In this document: positions 1 through 11,369 of the stretch, one piece after another
Position numbering within the stretch: the first letter of the stretch is position 1
How the letters are laid out: every line of letters begins with the position of its first letter
Assembly (NCBI RefSeq): GCF_030684315.1
Contig: NC_081356.1
Coordinates: 26,561,197 to 26,625,196, forward strand
DNA length: 64,000 nucleotides
Origin: Stegostoma tigrinum
Lineage: Eukaryota
Reading direction: 5' to 3'
The notes under the pieces: model-generated
Database searches by the model: none
Seen by the model: only the letters and a program-made list of their open reading frames with translations
What the model was told of the DNA's origin: nothing
Position numbers and translations under genes: made by a program

Positions 1-194
1 ATTCCCTTTCTCTTCTGGTCATAACAAGTTCCAGAAAGTTGTGCATCTTAACACAAACTAGAGTCAAGGAATGGAGAATAAAAAATTACCACAATTTGCT
101 GAAGAGTGCTTGTTAAATTCAAATTAGTTTGCAAAATGTAGAAGTTTGTGTGACATATTATTGGTGTCATCTACCACAGGTCCAATACTGAAAG

Positions 195-440
195 GAAGAA
201 CTTGCATTTCTACAGATCCTTTTACAACTTTAGGATATCCCAAACCACTTTACAATTAATGCATTTGAAAATTACTTCAAAGGTTAATATAATACAGGAA
301 GTAAAATATTTATTTTGTACTCGGGATAGTTTCCTCAAAAAATGTGATAAATGATTGAATATTCTGTTTTAATAATGGTGGTTGAAGGGACTGTATCATT
401 CATTACAGTGGATAGGACTATGAGAGAATGTCCCCAGTAG
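195..440 (-). mobile_element. old Deu-domain SINE fragment (SacSINE/AmnSINE-like); related copies at ~32210-32440 (-), ~46935-47257 (-), ~58170-58480 (+)
   Basis: Recurring degenerate motifs AACTTGCATTT...CAGGATGTCCCAA...GTAGTCACTGT...TGACCAG...GGTTGAGGGA...CAGGAC shared among four loci. Family assigned from recalled consensus. Confidence 0.55.
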
Positions 441-640
441 GATGCATCCTTTACAAGACGAGAAAATTAATGACAGTACAATAGCCTCCAAGCAGTTGCT
501 TTAAATTCCGCCAATATGAACCTTGCATTTCCTGCAAATCCAACATAGAAGCAGGAAAGAGGAAGATTACCTCCCACTGCTTCAATTTTCAGTCTCAGCC
601 ACCTCTTAATTTTCCCTCTTCCCCCACATTCATCCAGAGG

Positions 641-944
641 TTAGATTCCCTACAGTGTGGAAACAGGCCCTTCGGCCCAACAAGTCCACACCGCCCCTTG
701 GCACATCCCACCCAGACCTATCCCCCTATAACCCACACACCCCTGAACACAATGGGCAATTTAGCATGGCCAATCCACCCAGCCTGCACATCTTTGGACT
801 GTGGGAGGAAACCGGAGCACCTGGAGGAAACCCACGTAGACATGGGGAGAATGTGTAAACTCCAGACAGTTACCTAAGGCTGGAATCGAACTCAGGTCCC
901 TGGCGCTGTGAGGCTGCAGGGCTAGCCACTAAGCCACCATACCG
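641..944 (-). mobile_element. tRNA-derived V-SINE (HE1-like)
   Basis: Minus strand has A box (TGGCTTAGTGG) and B box (GAGTTCGATTCC), the V-domain TGGAGTTTACACATTCTCCCCATGTCT..GTGGGTTTCCTCC, and a CR1-like tail AAGGGCCTGTTTCCACACTGTAGGGAATCTAA. Confidence 0.88.
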
Positions 945-1229
945 TTTGTTCTCACCCAGGAGCAGAGAGGTGGGGAAAGTTAGCAGGACTAAAAACCTCA
1001 ACCACAGAATATAAGGGAGTAGGACGAGGAAGAGAATTGTGCTCAAGAGAGGTGGCGATCTCATGTGATGGACCTGCATAGAGGGACTTAGGACTCCTGT
1101 TCGAATCTTGCCCAGCAACACATGTACAGCAATCACAGCAACCAAACTCTCACAACATGTGAGGCGACAGGAATCACAGTTTAGTTTACTGACAGGGATG
1201 TTCTGGCGTCATGCAACATGCTAAAAAAA

Positions 1230-1730
1230 TGTTATTCATGGAAGAGTCCACACTGCCATCCCTGGTTGCCCCTAAGGTGGTACTGGTGAGCTTTCTTCTT
1301 TAAACTCCATGTGATTGGGGTATTTCCAGCCTTATTAGGAGAACTCCAGGAATAACTGTTTTAAGGAAGTTCTAGGATATTCATCCAGCAGAGATATAGT
1401 TCTAATTCAGAATGGTATGTAGCTTAGATAGGACCTTGTAGATGGTGGTTCTCCCAAAAATCTTGTTCTTCTGGGTGCTACAGGTCATGGGATTGGAAAG
1501 CAAAGTTAAAACAGTTTTGGTGTGTTGCTGTAGTAGATCTGTCCTGCAAATGGTAGATAGGCTTTGAGGAGTAAGGATGGAATCAAGATACATGGCACAG
1601 AATTCCCAGCTTCTGACCTGTTCCTAGAGCCACAACATTCATATGGCTGATCGTTCAGTTCTGGTCAATGGTAAAGTCCCAGATATTGATGGCACTGAAC
1701 ATTGTACAATCTTCAACCGGCATTGCCACT
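1230..1730 (-). mobile_element. degenerate 3' fragment of the CR1-like LINE family represented by 22044-25140; further fragments at ~3680-4120 (-), ~16590-17545 (-), ~25240-25690 (-), ~35290-36160 (+)
   Basis: Shared motifs with 22050-22800 (GGTGGTG..CTCCC, GATGGTGGATAGGCTTTG, TTCTGGTCAATGGTAA). Boundaries approximate. Confidence 0.65.
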
Positions 1731-1734
1731 TATG

Positions 1735-3545
1735 CAAGAGGGAACTTAAAAGGGAAATTAGGAGACCTAAAAGGGAAGATGAAAGGATACTGGCAGGTAA
1801 AATAAAGGAAAATCTTCCATTGCTTTAAATACATTTTAAGGGTAAAAGGATATCGATAGAAAGTGTAGGGCCCACTAAGGAACTACAGTGGTAGTACGTG
1901 TGTAGAGCCACAGGATATAGGTGGCATTCTAAAGGAATACAGTGTGTCAGTGTTCACTACTGAGAGGGATGATGTCGGTATAGAAATCAGGGAGGTCTGC
2001 AATGAAATTAAAGAAATTAGCAGAGACAGAGAGGACATTATGAATGGTCTTCTAGGCTTAAAAGTAGATAAACCTCCAGGGGCCACATAAAATGTTTCCC
2101 AGTTTGTTGAGTGAGGAAGAAACAGGAAATGGCAAGGGTGCTTACAAGTTTTCAATTACTCTCCAGCCACAGGAGAGCTACCAGAGGACTGGAGGACAGC
2201 CAATAGGGGACCATTATTCAAAAAGGGAACAAGGGAACAAGCAATAAACTAAAAAAAGCCATAAGCCACTCATTCTAACCTTGCTGACAGAGAAACTATT
2301 AGAAGCAGTTCTGAGAGACAAAATTATTATGCATTTTGGGAGACAGGGATTAAGAACAGTCAGCATGATTTTATTGAGGGGAAATGATTTCTGACCAACA
2401 GGACTAAACTTTTCAAAGGACCAGGAATGTACAGGAGGGTGATGTTTTTGATAAGGTCGTGCATGGGAGCTGATAGCAAAGGTAAGAGCCCATGGGTTCC
2501 ATGGAGATTTGACAAATTGGAATCACAATGGGCTGAGTGGCAGGAAGCAAAGGGTGATGTTTGAGGGTGCTTTTCCAACTTAAAGTCGGAGTCCAGTGGG
2601 GCTCCACAGGGGTTAATTCTGGGGGGCCTTGTTGTTTGTGGCTTATACAAATGAAAATTTGAATAGAGGAGGGATGATCAGCAAGTTTGAAGATGATACA
2701 AAATGTGGTAATTAGTGAGGAGGATGGCCTCAGATGATAGGACATGGATGGGCTAGTCAGATGAGTGTTCAGTGGCAAATGGGATTCAATCTGGATAAAT
2801 GTGAGATGATGTGACTGGACAGACCAAACAAGCGAAAGGAATACATGAAGAATGGAGGAGTGCTGAGGATCAGAGGGACCTTGGCGTGCATTCATACTGG
2901 CTCCTTCTTATATCAGGACAAGTTGATAAAGTGGTTAAAAAGACATTTGGTATATTTGCCTTTATTAGCTGAGGCAGAATTTAAGATAAGGGAGACAATG
3001 CTGGAACTGTATGGAACATTGGTAAGGCCACAGCCAGAGCATTACGTGTATATCTACATTATAGGAGGGGTGAAATACCACTGGTGCAGATTAGATTAAT
3101 CTGGATGTTGCCAAGGCTGGATTTTCAGTTAAGAAACTGGACTGACCGGATGGGCTATTTTCCTTAAAGAGGGGGAGACTAAGATAGGATATGACTGAGA
3201 TGTACAAAATTATGAGGGACATTACAGGGTAGGAGTGAAGAAACTCTTCCCCTTGATGAGGGATCAATTACAAGGGCGCAAAGATTTAAGATAAGGAGCA
3301 GAAGGCTCAGAGGAGATAGGAGGAATAAACTTTTCTCAGCCCGAGAGTGGTGAGAGTCTGGAATTCACAGTCTATAAAAGGGTGGTAAAGACAGAATTCC
3401 TCATAACATTTAAGAAATATAGAGATGTACACTTACAATGCCAAGGCATACAAGGCTGTGGGCCAAGTGCTACAAAACAGGATTAGTAAACTTAGGTGGT
3501 TGTTTTCCATTTGTGCTGTAAATCTTTATGACTATGACCTTATGA
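1735..3545 (+). mobile_element. degenerate CR1 LINE (ORF2 3' half and tail)
   Basis: Remnant peptides KRELKREIRR and MLELYGTLVRPQPEHY, CCAGAGGACTGGAGG and CAGCATGATTT motifs, and a (CTATGA)n tail. Many stops and frameshifts. Confidence 0.8.
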
Positions 3546-5127
3546 TCAAAGGAAGATCTCTATCTCCCAAGCCTCCATTGCACAATTCCCTTCCTGCTCC
3601 TATGTTCTGTTATAAACATTTTTGTTCCTACTAATTTTTCAATCCTGGTCACACAGATGAACAGCAGGAAAGTGAAGATGCAGATGAAACTGTTTTTTGA
3701 AGCAGTTATTGAATGTCATTAGAAGATGGTTAGGTATATGTTGCTGATGGCTAGTTGCTACCACTTGTGCGGTGTGAATGTTATTTGAGAGTTAGCAGTC
3801 CAAAAATGAACATTATCTAAGCTTGCTATAATGGTTTCGGAGTTTTGAATGATGTGGAATTTTGTGAATTCATCAGTAAATATTTGATTTTATGGTAGAG
3901 AGAAAGTCATTGATGAAGCAGCCGAAGATGGTTACGCCTAGGCATTGCCCCAAGGAATTGGCTGAGTAATGTTCCAGGGCTGAAGTCATTGAACTGCATC
4001 AAGCCAACCATCATCTTTTGTGCTAGCTATGACTTGAATAAATGCAAAGTTCTCTCCTCTGATTCCCATGAAGTCCAGACTTGCTAAAGGATAAAGACAG
4101 TATGCCCAGTCAAATACCGTATTACAGATCTCAAAAAGAGCTTGAATTTATATCAACCCTAGTCTGGAGGATAGCATAGTGTACCATAGGCTCATTATGG
4201 CATCTCATCAATTTCCCAGCTGTCCTCTCAATTATGACACAATTAGTTAAATAGACCACGTGCTGTTTGAGAACGAGAAGCCCTTCCGGTTAGGAAGCTC
4301 AACAATCAACAGATAGAGCCCACATTCCACCCACAGTTCCTGTACTTCTACAAAACCAGCCAATTCTCACATTACTAAATAAATTAATTACTTCATAAAA
4401 TGGCATTTTATCACTAATCTGGTAAGTTTAGGAACTGAATATAGAACTAATAATGCAAGAATCTCTGGTTAGAGCCAGGAAGGAGCTAGAATAGCAGTCA
4501 AAATGAGGTCTGGTCCTTTGACTGCAACAACAGAGAGACGGCATACAGGTTTCCTGTACAAGATGGCACAAAGGCTTTCTTATTACGTATGTCTCTGGTG
4601 TCTGCAATATCAGAACAAAAAAGGAAAGATCACAACTTCACACAACATAATTGGTCATCCTATTATCCAAACAAATGACCTTCCACTACAGAAACTCAAC
4701 CATACCATTGTAACAGATGGAGAGCATAGGAAAAATTATTGTTTGCAGGAACACTTGATTAAGACAGGTGAAGGTAAAATTCAAATCAATCCACGAATAA
4801 AGACAAACATAAAAATTTTCAAGTAATATTCCCTTTAAAGTTTACTTCCACGAGGAAAAGCTGATTCTGGCAAGCAACTGTAACTGCTTCATACAGATTT
4901 TACAAGTTTTGGTCTGCTTTAGACTTTGCCCAAGTTTCGAATCATTAATATAATGTGAAGTGCAAATTGGTGACGTTGAAAAAATGTTAAAAGTACAAAT
5001 ATTGCATTAATCCAATGTTCTTTGGAATGCAAAACTGATGAGCAGCCAAATGAAATGTTACAAGATACAGACAGACACAGATGTATTCTGAATGACCAAC
5101 CAAATTGCTAGAGTAGGAAAGCTGAAC

Positions 5128-5133
5128 TTTATT
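5128..5133 (-). terminator. candidate polyadenylation signal of TMEM38B (alternative AATAAA at 5740-5745)
   Basis: AATAAA on the minus strand about 1.6 kb past the stop, followed by a GU/U-rich tract (TTTGGTTGGTC...TGTGTCTGTCTGT). No transcript evidence. Confidence 0.4.
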
Positions 5134-6773
5134 TGCATATCCTTCAGTCAAAAATGCACATTTTAAAAAAATTAGTGCCCATGGATCAAAAAATTTTTTA
5201 CATTCAAGTCACCATTAACCTAGAAATTATAAAAGTGATTGAGTAGCTAATCAGTTGTGTACAGAATGGTGATGGTAATTTCCAATAGTTCTCCCACACA
5301 AAGATTGCCTGAATTACTGTCATAGAACATTTGCTTCTCTAGACAAATCTTGACTCCTGGTGGGACATGGATTCAAGTTCATTATGGATTCTGATGTCAA
5401 ACAAACAACCATTAGATGATATTTCACATCGGAATATATAAATCAAACATAGAAAATAAATTCAGATATTCTCCTGCATCATAGGTTTCTGGAAAAGTTC
5501 CATCTGAAAATACACTATATAGTAATTTTTGTCTACCTCATTTTGCTGCAATTGCTTTTTTTGTAAATGTTCAAACACAGGCTTACAAAATCATTTGTGA
5601 AATGGTACACTTTTAAAACAGTGAACAAAGAAAGATTTGTGCCACAAAAAGTACACTGTTTAATCAATATTAAGTGAAAAAGGTCAAATTCACTTTGTAT
5701 AGGAACAAAAGTAAACCACTTCACATTCAATGCACAGTTTTTATTTTAAAGGTTGCAGTAAATTCCTAAGTTTTCAGCATACTAAAATACAAAAACAAAA
5801 TAGGTCCTCTATCAGAAAGTCAGAACCAAAAACCGAGTTTGACTATGCTACAAATTTTATCACCAAAATGTTTTACTTTTTTCCAAGTAAACTACATAAG
5901 AAGGTTACGGTCTTGAACGAACACGACTGCAATGGCTAACAGTTGACTTTGATATCAATGAACAAACCACTAACAGCAGGAAGAAGTCTATAAAATATGT
6001 TGTTTCAATAGTAGTATAACCTGAATAGGAAATTATTAGAAAAGAAGCCTGTCCAAGTTACCTTGCATCATCTTCCCTTCAAATTTACCAGACGTTAGTT
6101 AACAATTCCTCTCCCAGATATTTTGTTATCTAGAATATTGGTGGGTTGACCAGAGTGATGCAGTAATGCCAATCCAAACTGCATTACTGCATTTTTTCAC
6201 TAGTAATCTAATTGACTGCCAAATGAAATTGAGAATACCTAGGTTTCAATTTCAGGCTTCAGAGTTGGGTCAAGGTGTCCCTGACCATGGCTTAAAATGG
6301 TTGTTTTTCCCAATAATTTAGAAATTCATTCAAGAATAAAAATAGCAATTTGTGGAATGTATAATTTTAATATTTTCTGGCACTTGTAAGTCTTATAAAG
6401 ATGAATAGTTCTATAAGGTTTCCAAAATTGATTACAAAATTTGAAACAATATTTTAATCTTGTTTTCTATACATATTACAGCAACCTTCTCTATACAGCA
6501 AAAGATCCTCAAATGTTACATGCAAAGATCGAATGTACTTCCCACTTAAACCCACAGAAACATTGTAAAACAAAAAAATCCACTAACAAGAGTCATTAGA
6601 CTCTTTTGGGTCTATTTGAATTCTGCAAAACTCTTGATTCGTACCTCAGTACTTTTCATTTTGCAGATGACTATATGTCTTTTTGAATTTCAAGCCTCAT
6701 CCAGGGGATTTTCCTGGAACAGAAGTGCAACAGAAAGATAACCTTGAGAATCTTGCGATTCTTGATGAGCATC

Positions 6774-6998
6774 TTATTCCACCTTCTTTGTCCTCCTCCT
6801 TTTGATACCTTCACTTTCTTCAGGAGTTTCACTCAAGGGTGCAGAGCACTGCGTACCCCGTGTTTCCCCTGTATTAGAAGTTTCCGTTTGAAAATGTGAT
6901 TCAGTTGAAGTGGACTGCCAACTAAATGCCATATGGTACAAAGCAACTTCCATAGGTGCAAAAGGGGAATGACGAATGTTAAAGAGCACCATTGCAAT
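6774..6998 (-). CDS. TMEM38B: TMEM38B coding exon 6 (terminal, includes stop)
   Basis: Acceptor TTTGTATTTTAG|, IAMVLFNIRHSPFAPMEVALYHMAFSWQ...EGIKRRRTKKVE* with the basic KKxx-type ER-retrieval tail typical of TRICs. The six exons sum to 897 nt = 298 aa + stop. Confidence 0.92.
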   Translation of the reverse strand: MAMVLFNIRHSPFAPMEVALYHMAFSWQSTSTESHFQTETSNTGETRGTQCSAPLSETPEESEGIKRRRTKKVE

Positions 6999-8321
6999 CT
7001 AAAATACAAAATGATATATTTGCCAAATTGTACACAGCGGCCTGAACAATGCACAAAGAATATGAATAAAAAAACAGCATAACAATCAAAAAAGGATATA
7101 TGATCAGGTAACTCAAAATTAGTCACTTTCAAAAGTACCCTAGACTGGTCAATAAAGTCTCCAAATAAATCTAAGCAAATATTTTGGTGTTGAAGTCACA
7201 CACCAGATCTAAATTCAGCCTTTTTAATTTAAAAAAGGCTGAATAAAAGCTAGAATGTAAGCAAGTTTCTAAAAGTTTTAAAATTTTGCAGATGTACTAA
7301 AATGGGGAAGAAAAATGTAATTTAATATGAAGAATTACAAAATTTACTGATCAACAATTGGTTTCTGCCACCAATAAATAATGGTCACTTCATAAGCAAT
7401 ACTTAGTTTTTGTTGATAGCTGCTCAACCAGATTTAATAGATCATTCAAAATCTTATTTTATATAATTCAGGTCATTAAAAAAACAGCAAAAGATCATGA
7501 AACAAAAATTGAATGAATATATCATTAAGTCGGCTGAATAATACTTAACCTTTTAGGGGAGCATTTTCATGAATCTTGAACAAGTAAGCAGTTTATAAGT
7601 CATTCAGCCAAAATATGCTGAACCACTGTTCATGGTTCTTAACACTAGTTGTGTTAAACAAAGCTAATTTGTCTGTTAAAGAAACAAATGTATCTATTTG
7701 TACTGAGTAAAGAAAACACTAGACTTTGATTAAACTAAAGCAGTTTCTCTGATCATATCACTTATCCTTACAGCAAAATTGAGCACCACCCCCAAAGCAA
7801 GGGCACAACTTCCAGAATCACTAAAAAGCAACACAGTCTAAAGTTTCTGGTCTCTAAAATGCCTTGACATAAGTCAAATCATGTAAAGCCACAGAATGAA
7901 TAGGCAGGAAACTAAATAAGGAACGCCTGGTGTCCCACTGAAGTATCTCATTTTTTTTCTGCATGGATTTGTTGCAGCTAACAGGAAAACCCAGGGAGGA
8001 TCCAATTTTGATAACTTCATCTTTCAAGTTTTCTAAGTCTGAGAGAAATATCTTGTACATTTTAAATAGCAATACGCGTTCTCTTTGAAAATGACAGAAA
8101 AGAATTTTTCTAAAAGTCCTGTAGTCAAGCATTAGAAAATTTGAGCTTTTAAAAGCTATAACTAATCATGTAATTCAGAAAATACTGGCAAAACAAATGC
8201 ACAGAAATAATTAATTTTCAATTTGCTACTTATCCTTTAGTAAAAGCAGATACATTTGACTAGATCAGATTTTAAATACTTTTGTTTATTTCTCGCACAA
8301 TATTATATTAAATTATTGTAT

Positions 8322-9527
8322 TAAAATGATACTGTAGCCCTGCGTGATATATATTGATAAATCCGTCATTTATAGCAAGTAGCCATCATCTAAATGGTAG
8401 GCATTTCAGGAGTAAGGACACAACAGTAGCTTTAATTGTATTACTAGTTCGGCAAAATGTCATGTAACTCATATGGTAGCAGAGTGAAATGAATTTGGAA
8501 TATATATATAAAAATTTGTACAATATCATATGGGGCAAAAGCATGTAAACAAACATGCACAAGCTACCATATCTTAAAAACATCCCAACAGGCTTAGTTT
8601 TCACCTTGACTGTTTAAGTTTCCCTTCAAAATTTCACTTAAAATAAGGCATTCCTTTCCGTCCCACAAGATTGTCAGGCAGATGCCCGAGTGCAAAACGA
8701 AGGTTCTTTCCCAGTTGAAAGTGCTGTATCATGATGGCATGAAGAGAAACAAGATTTAAGCTCATCCAATTAGGAGTTTTATTGTCATAATCAATACCCT
8801 AACATTAAGAAAAATACTTTAATGTAATTTGCTTAAAAGGGCAGCAAAATTAAGCTTTCCTCTCCCTCCATCCTTAGCAGGAACAATTTCAACCAACTTA
8901 ACGTTGGTGACATGCTTATCACCTGGCTGCATTTTAAATAGAATTTAGCTGAAATCATAAACAGGAGGGGGAAGACATATCTTGAATTTTCTCTTGCAAT
9001 CTATTCTTGTTTTTCAAAGTAGTACGGCATGTATAGGAAACGAAACATGAACAATCTTCAGCAACCCAACAGAAGAAATTACAAATGACATTACAATGGC
9101 AGAGGTACAGGACAGTAATTAACGCTTGGAATATCCTTTATCACCCATTAAGACTTACTTCAGAAGGGCATTTGAGAGGGTAGGCTACTAAAGAAGATAA
9201 TACACGAAAGAATCCACACTGACATAAGAACAAAAATTCTGAACAGCTCATCCCAGCATTCATTATATCTGAACCATGTACATCAACCCTATATACACAG
9301 TCTGTTTTTCAAAGATCGAATAAGCCCTACAAGCACAAAATGCTACATCTCCAAATTCATTTCACTCTGCTACCATATGAGTTACATGACATTTTGCCTA
9401 ACGAGTAATACAATTAAAGCTACTGTTGTGTCCTTACTCCTGAAATGCCTACCATTTAGATGATGGCTACTTGCTATAAATGATGGATTTATCAATATAT
9501 ATCACGCAGGGCTACAGTGTCATTTTA
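8322..9527. repeat. long inverted repeat: 178-bp arms (8322-8499 / 9350-9527) around an 850-bp spacer
   Basis: The arms are reverse complements with about 4 mismatches by manual alignment. Confidence 0.92.
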
Positions 9528-9610
9528 TATTCAATTCAATACACCACTGATTATTTAGAATGTCCAGTGCAAAGCAATCGGACACAGACATGGAAAGGGT
9601 GGGCTGAGAA

Positions 9611-11363
9611 TAGAACATAGAACATAGAACAGTACAGCACAGAACAGGCCCTTCAGCCCACAATGTTGTGCCGACCATTGATCCTCATGTATGCACCCTC
9701 AAATTTCTGTGACCATGTGCATGTCCAGCAGTCTCTTAAATGACCCCCAATGACCTTGCTTCCACAACTGCTGCTGGCAACGCATTCCATGCTCTCACAA
9801 CTCTGTGTAAAGAACCCGCCTCTGACATCCCCTCTATACTTTCCTCCAACCAGCTTAAAACTATGACCTCTCATGCTAGCCATTTCTGCCCTGGGAAATA
9901 GTCTCTGGCTATCGACTCTATCTATGCCTCTCATTATCTTGTATACCTCAATTAGGTCCCCTCTCCTCCTCCTTTTCTTCAATGAAAAGAGACCGAGCTC
10001 AGTCAACCTCTCTTCATAAGATAAGCCCTCCAGTCCAGGCAGCATCCTGGTAAGCCTCCTCTGAACCCTCTCCAAAGCATCCACATCTTTCCTATAATAG
10101 GGCGACCAGAACTGGACGCAGTATTCCAAGTGCGGTCTAACCAAAGTTTTATAGAGCTGCAACAAGATCTCACGACTCTTAAACTCAATCCCCCTGTTAA
10201 TGAAAGCCAAAACTCCGTATGCTTTCTTAACAACCCTGTCCACTTGGGTGGCCATTTTCAGGGATCTATGTATCTGCACACCAAGATCCCTCTGTTCCTC
10301 CACACTGCCAAGAATCCTATCCTTAATCCTGTACTCAGCTTTCAAATTCGACCTTCCAAAATGCATCACCTCGCATTTATCCTGGTTGAACTCCATCTGC
10401 CACCTCTCAGCCCATCTCTGCATCCTGTCAATGTCCCGCTGCAGCCTACAACAGCCCTCTATACTGTCAACGACACCTCCAACCTTTGTGTCGTCTGCAA
10501 ACTTGCTGACCCATCCTTCAATCCCCTCATCCAAGTCATTAATAAAAATTACAAACAGTAGAGGCCCAAGGACAGAGCCCTGTGGAACACCACTCACCAC
10601 TGACTTCCAGGCAGTATATTTTCCTTCTACTACCACTCGCTGTCTTCTGTTGGCCAGCCAATTCTGTATCCAAGCAGCTAAGTTCCCCTGTATCCCATTC
10701 CTCCTGACCTTCTGAATGAGCCTACCATGGGGAACCTTATCAAATGCCTTACTGAAGTCCACATACACCACATCCACAGCTCGACCCTCATCAACTTTTC
10801 TAGTCACATCCTCAAAAAACTCGATAAGGTTTGTGAGGCATGACCTACCCCTCACAAAGCCGTGTTGACTGTATTTGATCAAGCCATGCTCTTCCAGATG
10901 GTCATAAATCCTATCGCTCAGAATCCTTTCTAACACCTTGCAGACGACAGACGTGAGACTTACTGGTCTGTAATTGCCGGGGATTTCCCTATTCCCTTTC
11001 TTGAAGAGAGGAATTACATTTGCCTCTCTCCAGTCCTCAGGTACGACTCCAATGGAGAGCGAGGACGCAAAGATCTTCGCAAGTGGCGAAGCAATTGCAT
11101 TTCTCGCTTCCCAAAGCAGCCAAGGACAAATCTGGTCCGGGCCTGGCGACTTGTCAATCTTAATGTTTGACAAAATTTTCAGCACATCAGCTTCCTCTAT
11201 CTCTATCCATTCCAGCATGCACACCTGCTCTTCAAAGGTTTCATTCACTACAAAGTTCGTTTCTTTCGTAAAGACAGAAGCAAAAAACTCATTTAGGACT
11301 TCCCCTACCTCCTCAGACTCCACACACAAGTTCCCTATGCTATCCCTGATCGGCCCTACTCTT
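9611..11363 (-). mobile_element. young CR1 LINE, 3' portion (RT domain and 3' tail)
   Basis: 558-aa ORF 9653-11329 with PGPD, NYRPVSLTS, QHGF, DFSKAFDKV, GVPQGSVLGPLLF and FADD motifs; (ATGTTCT)n tail at 9611-9630. Confidence 0.96.
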
Positions 11364-11369
11364 TTTTTT

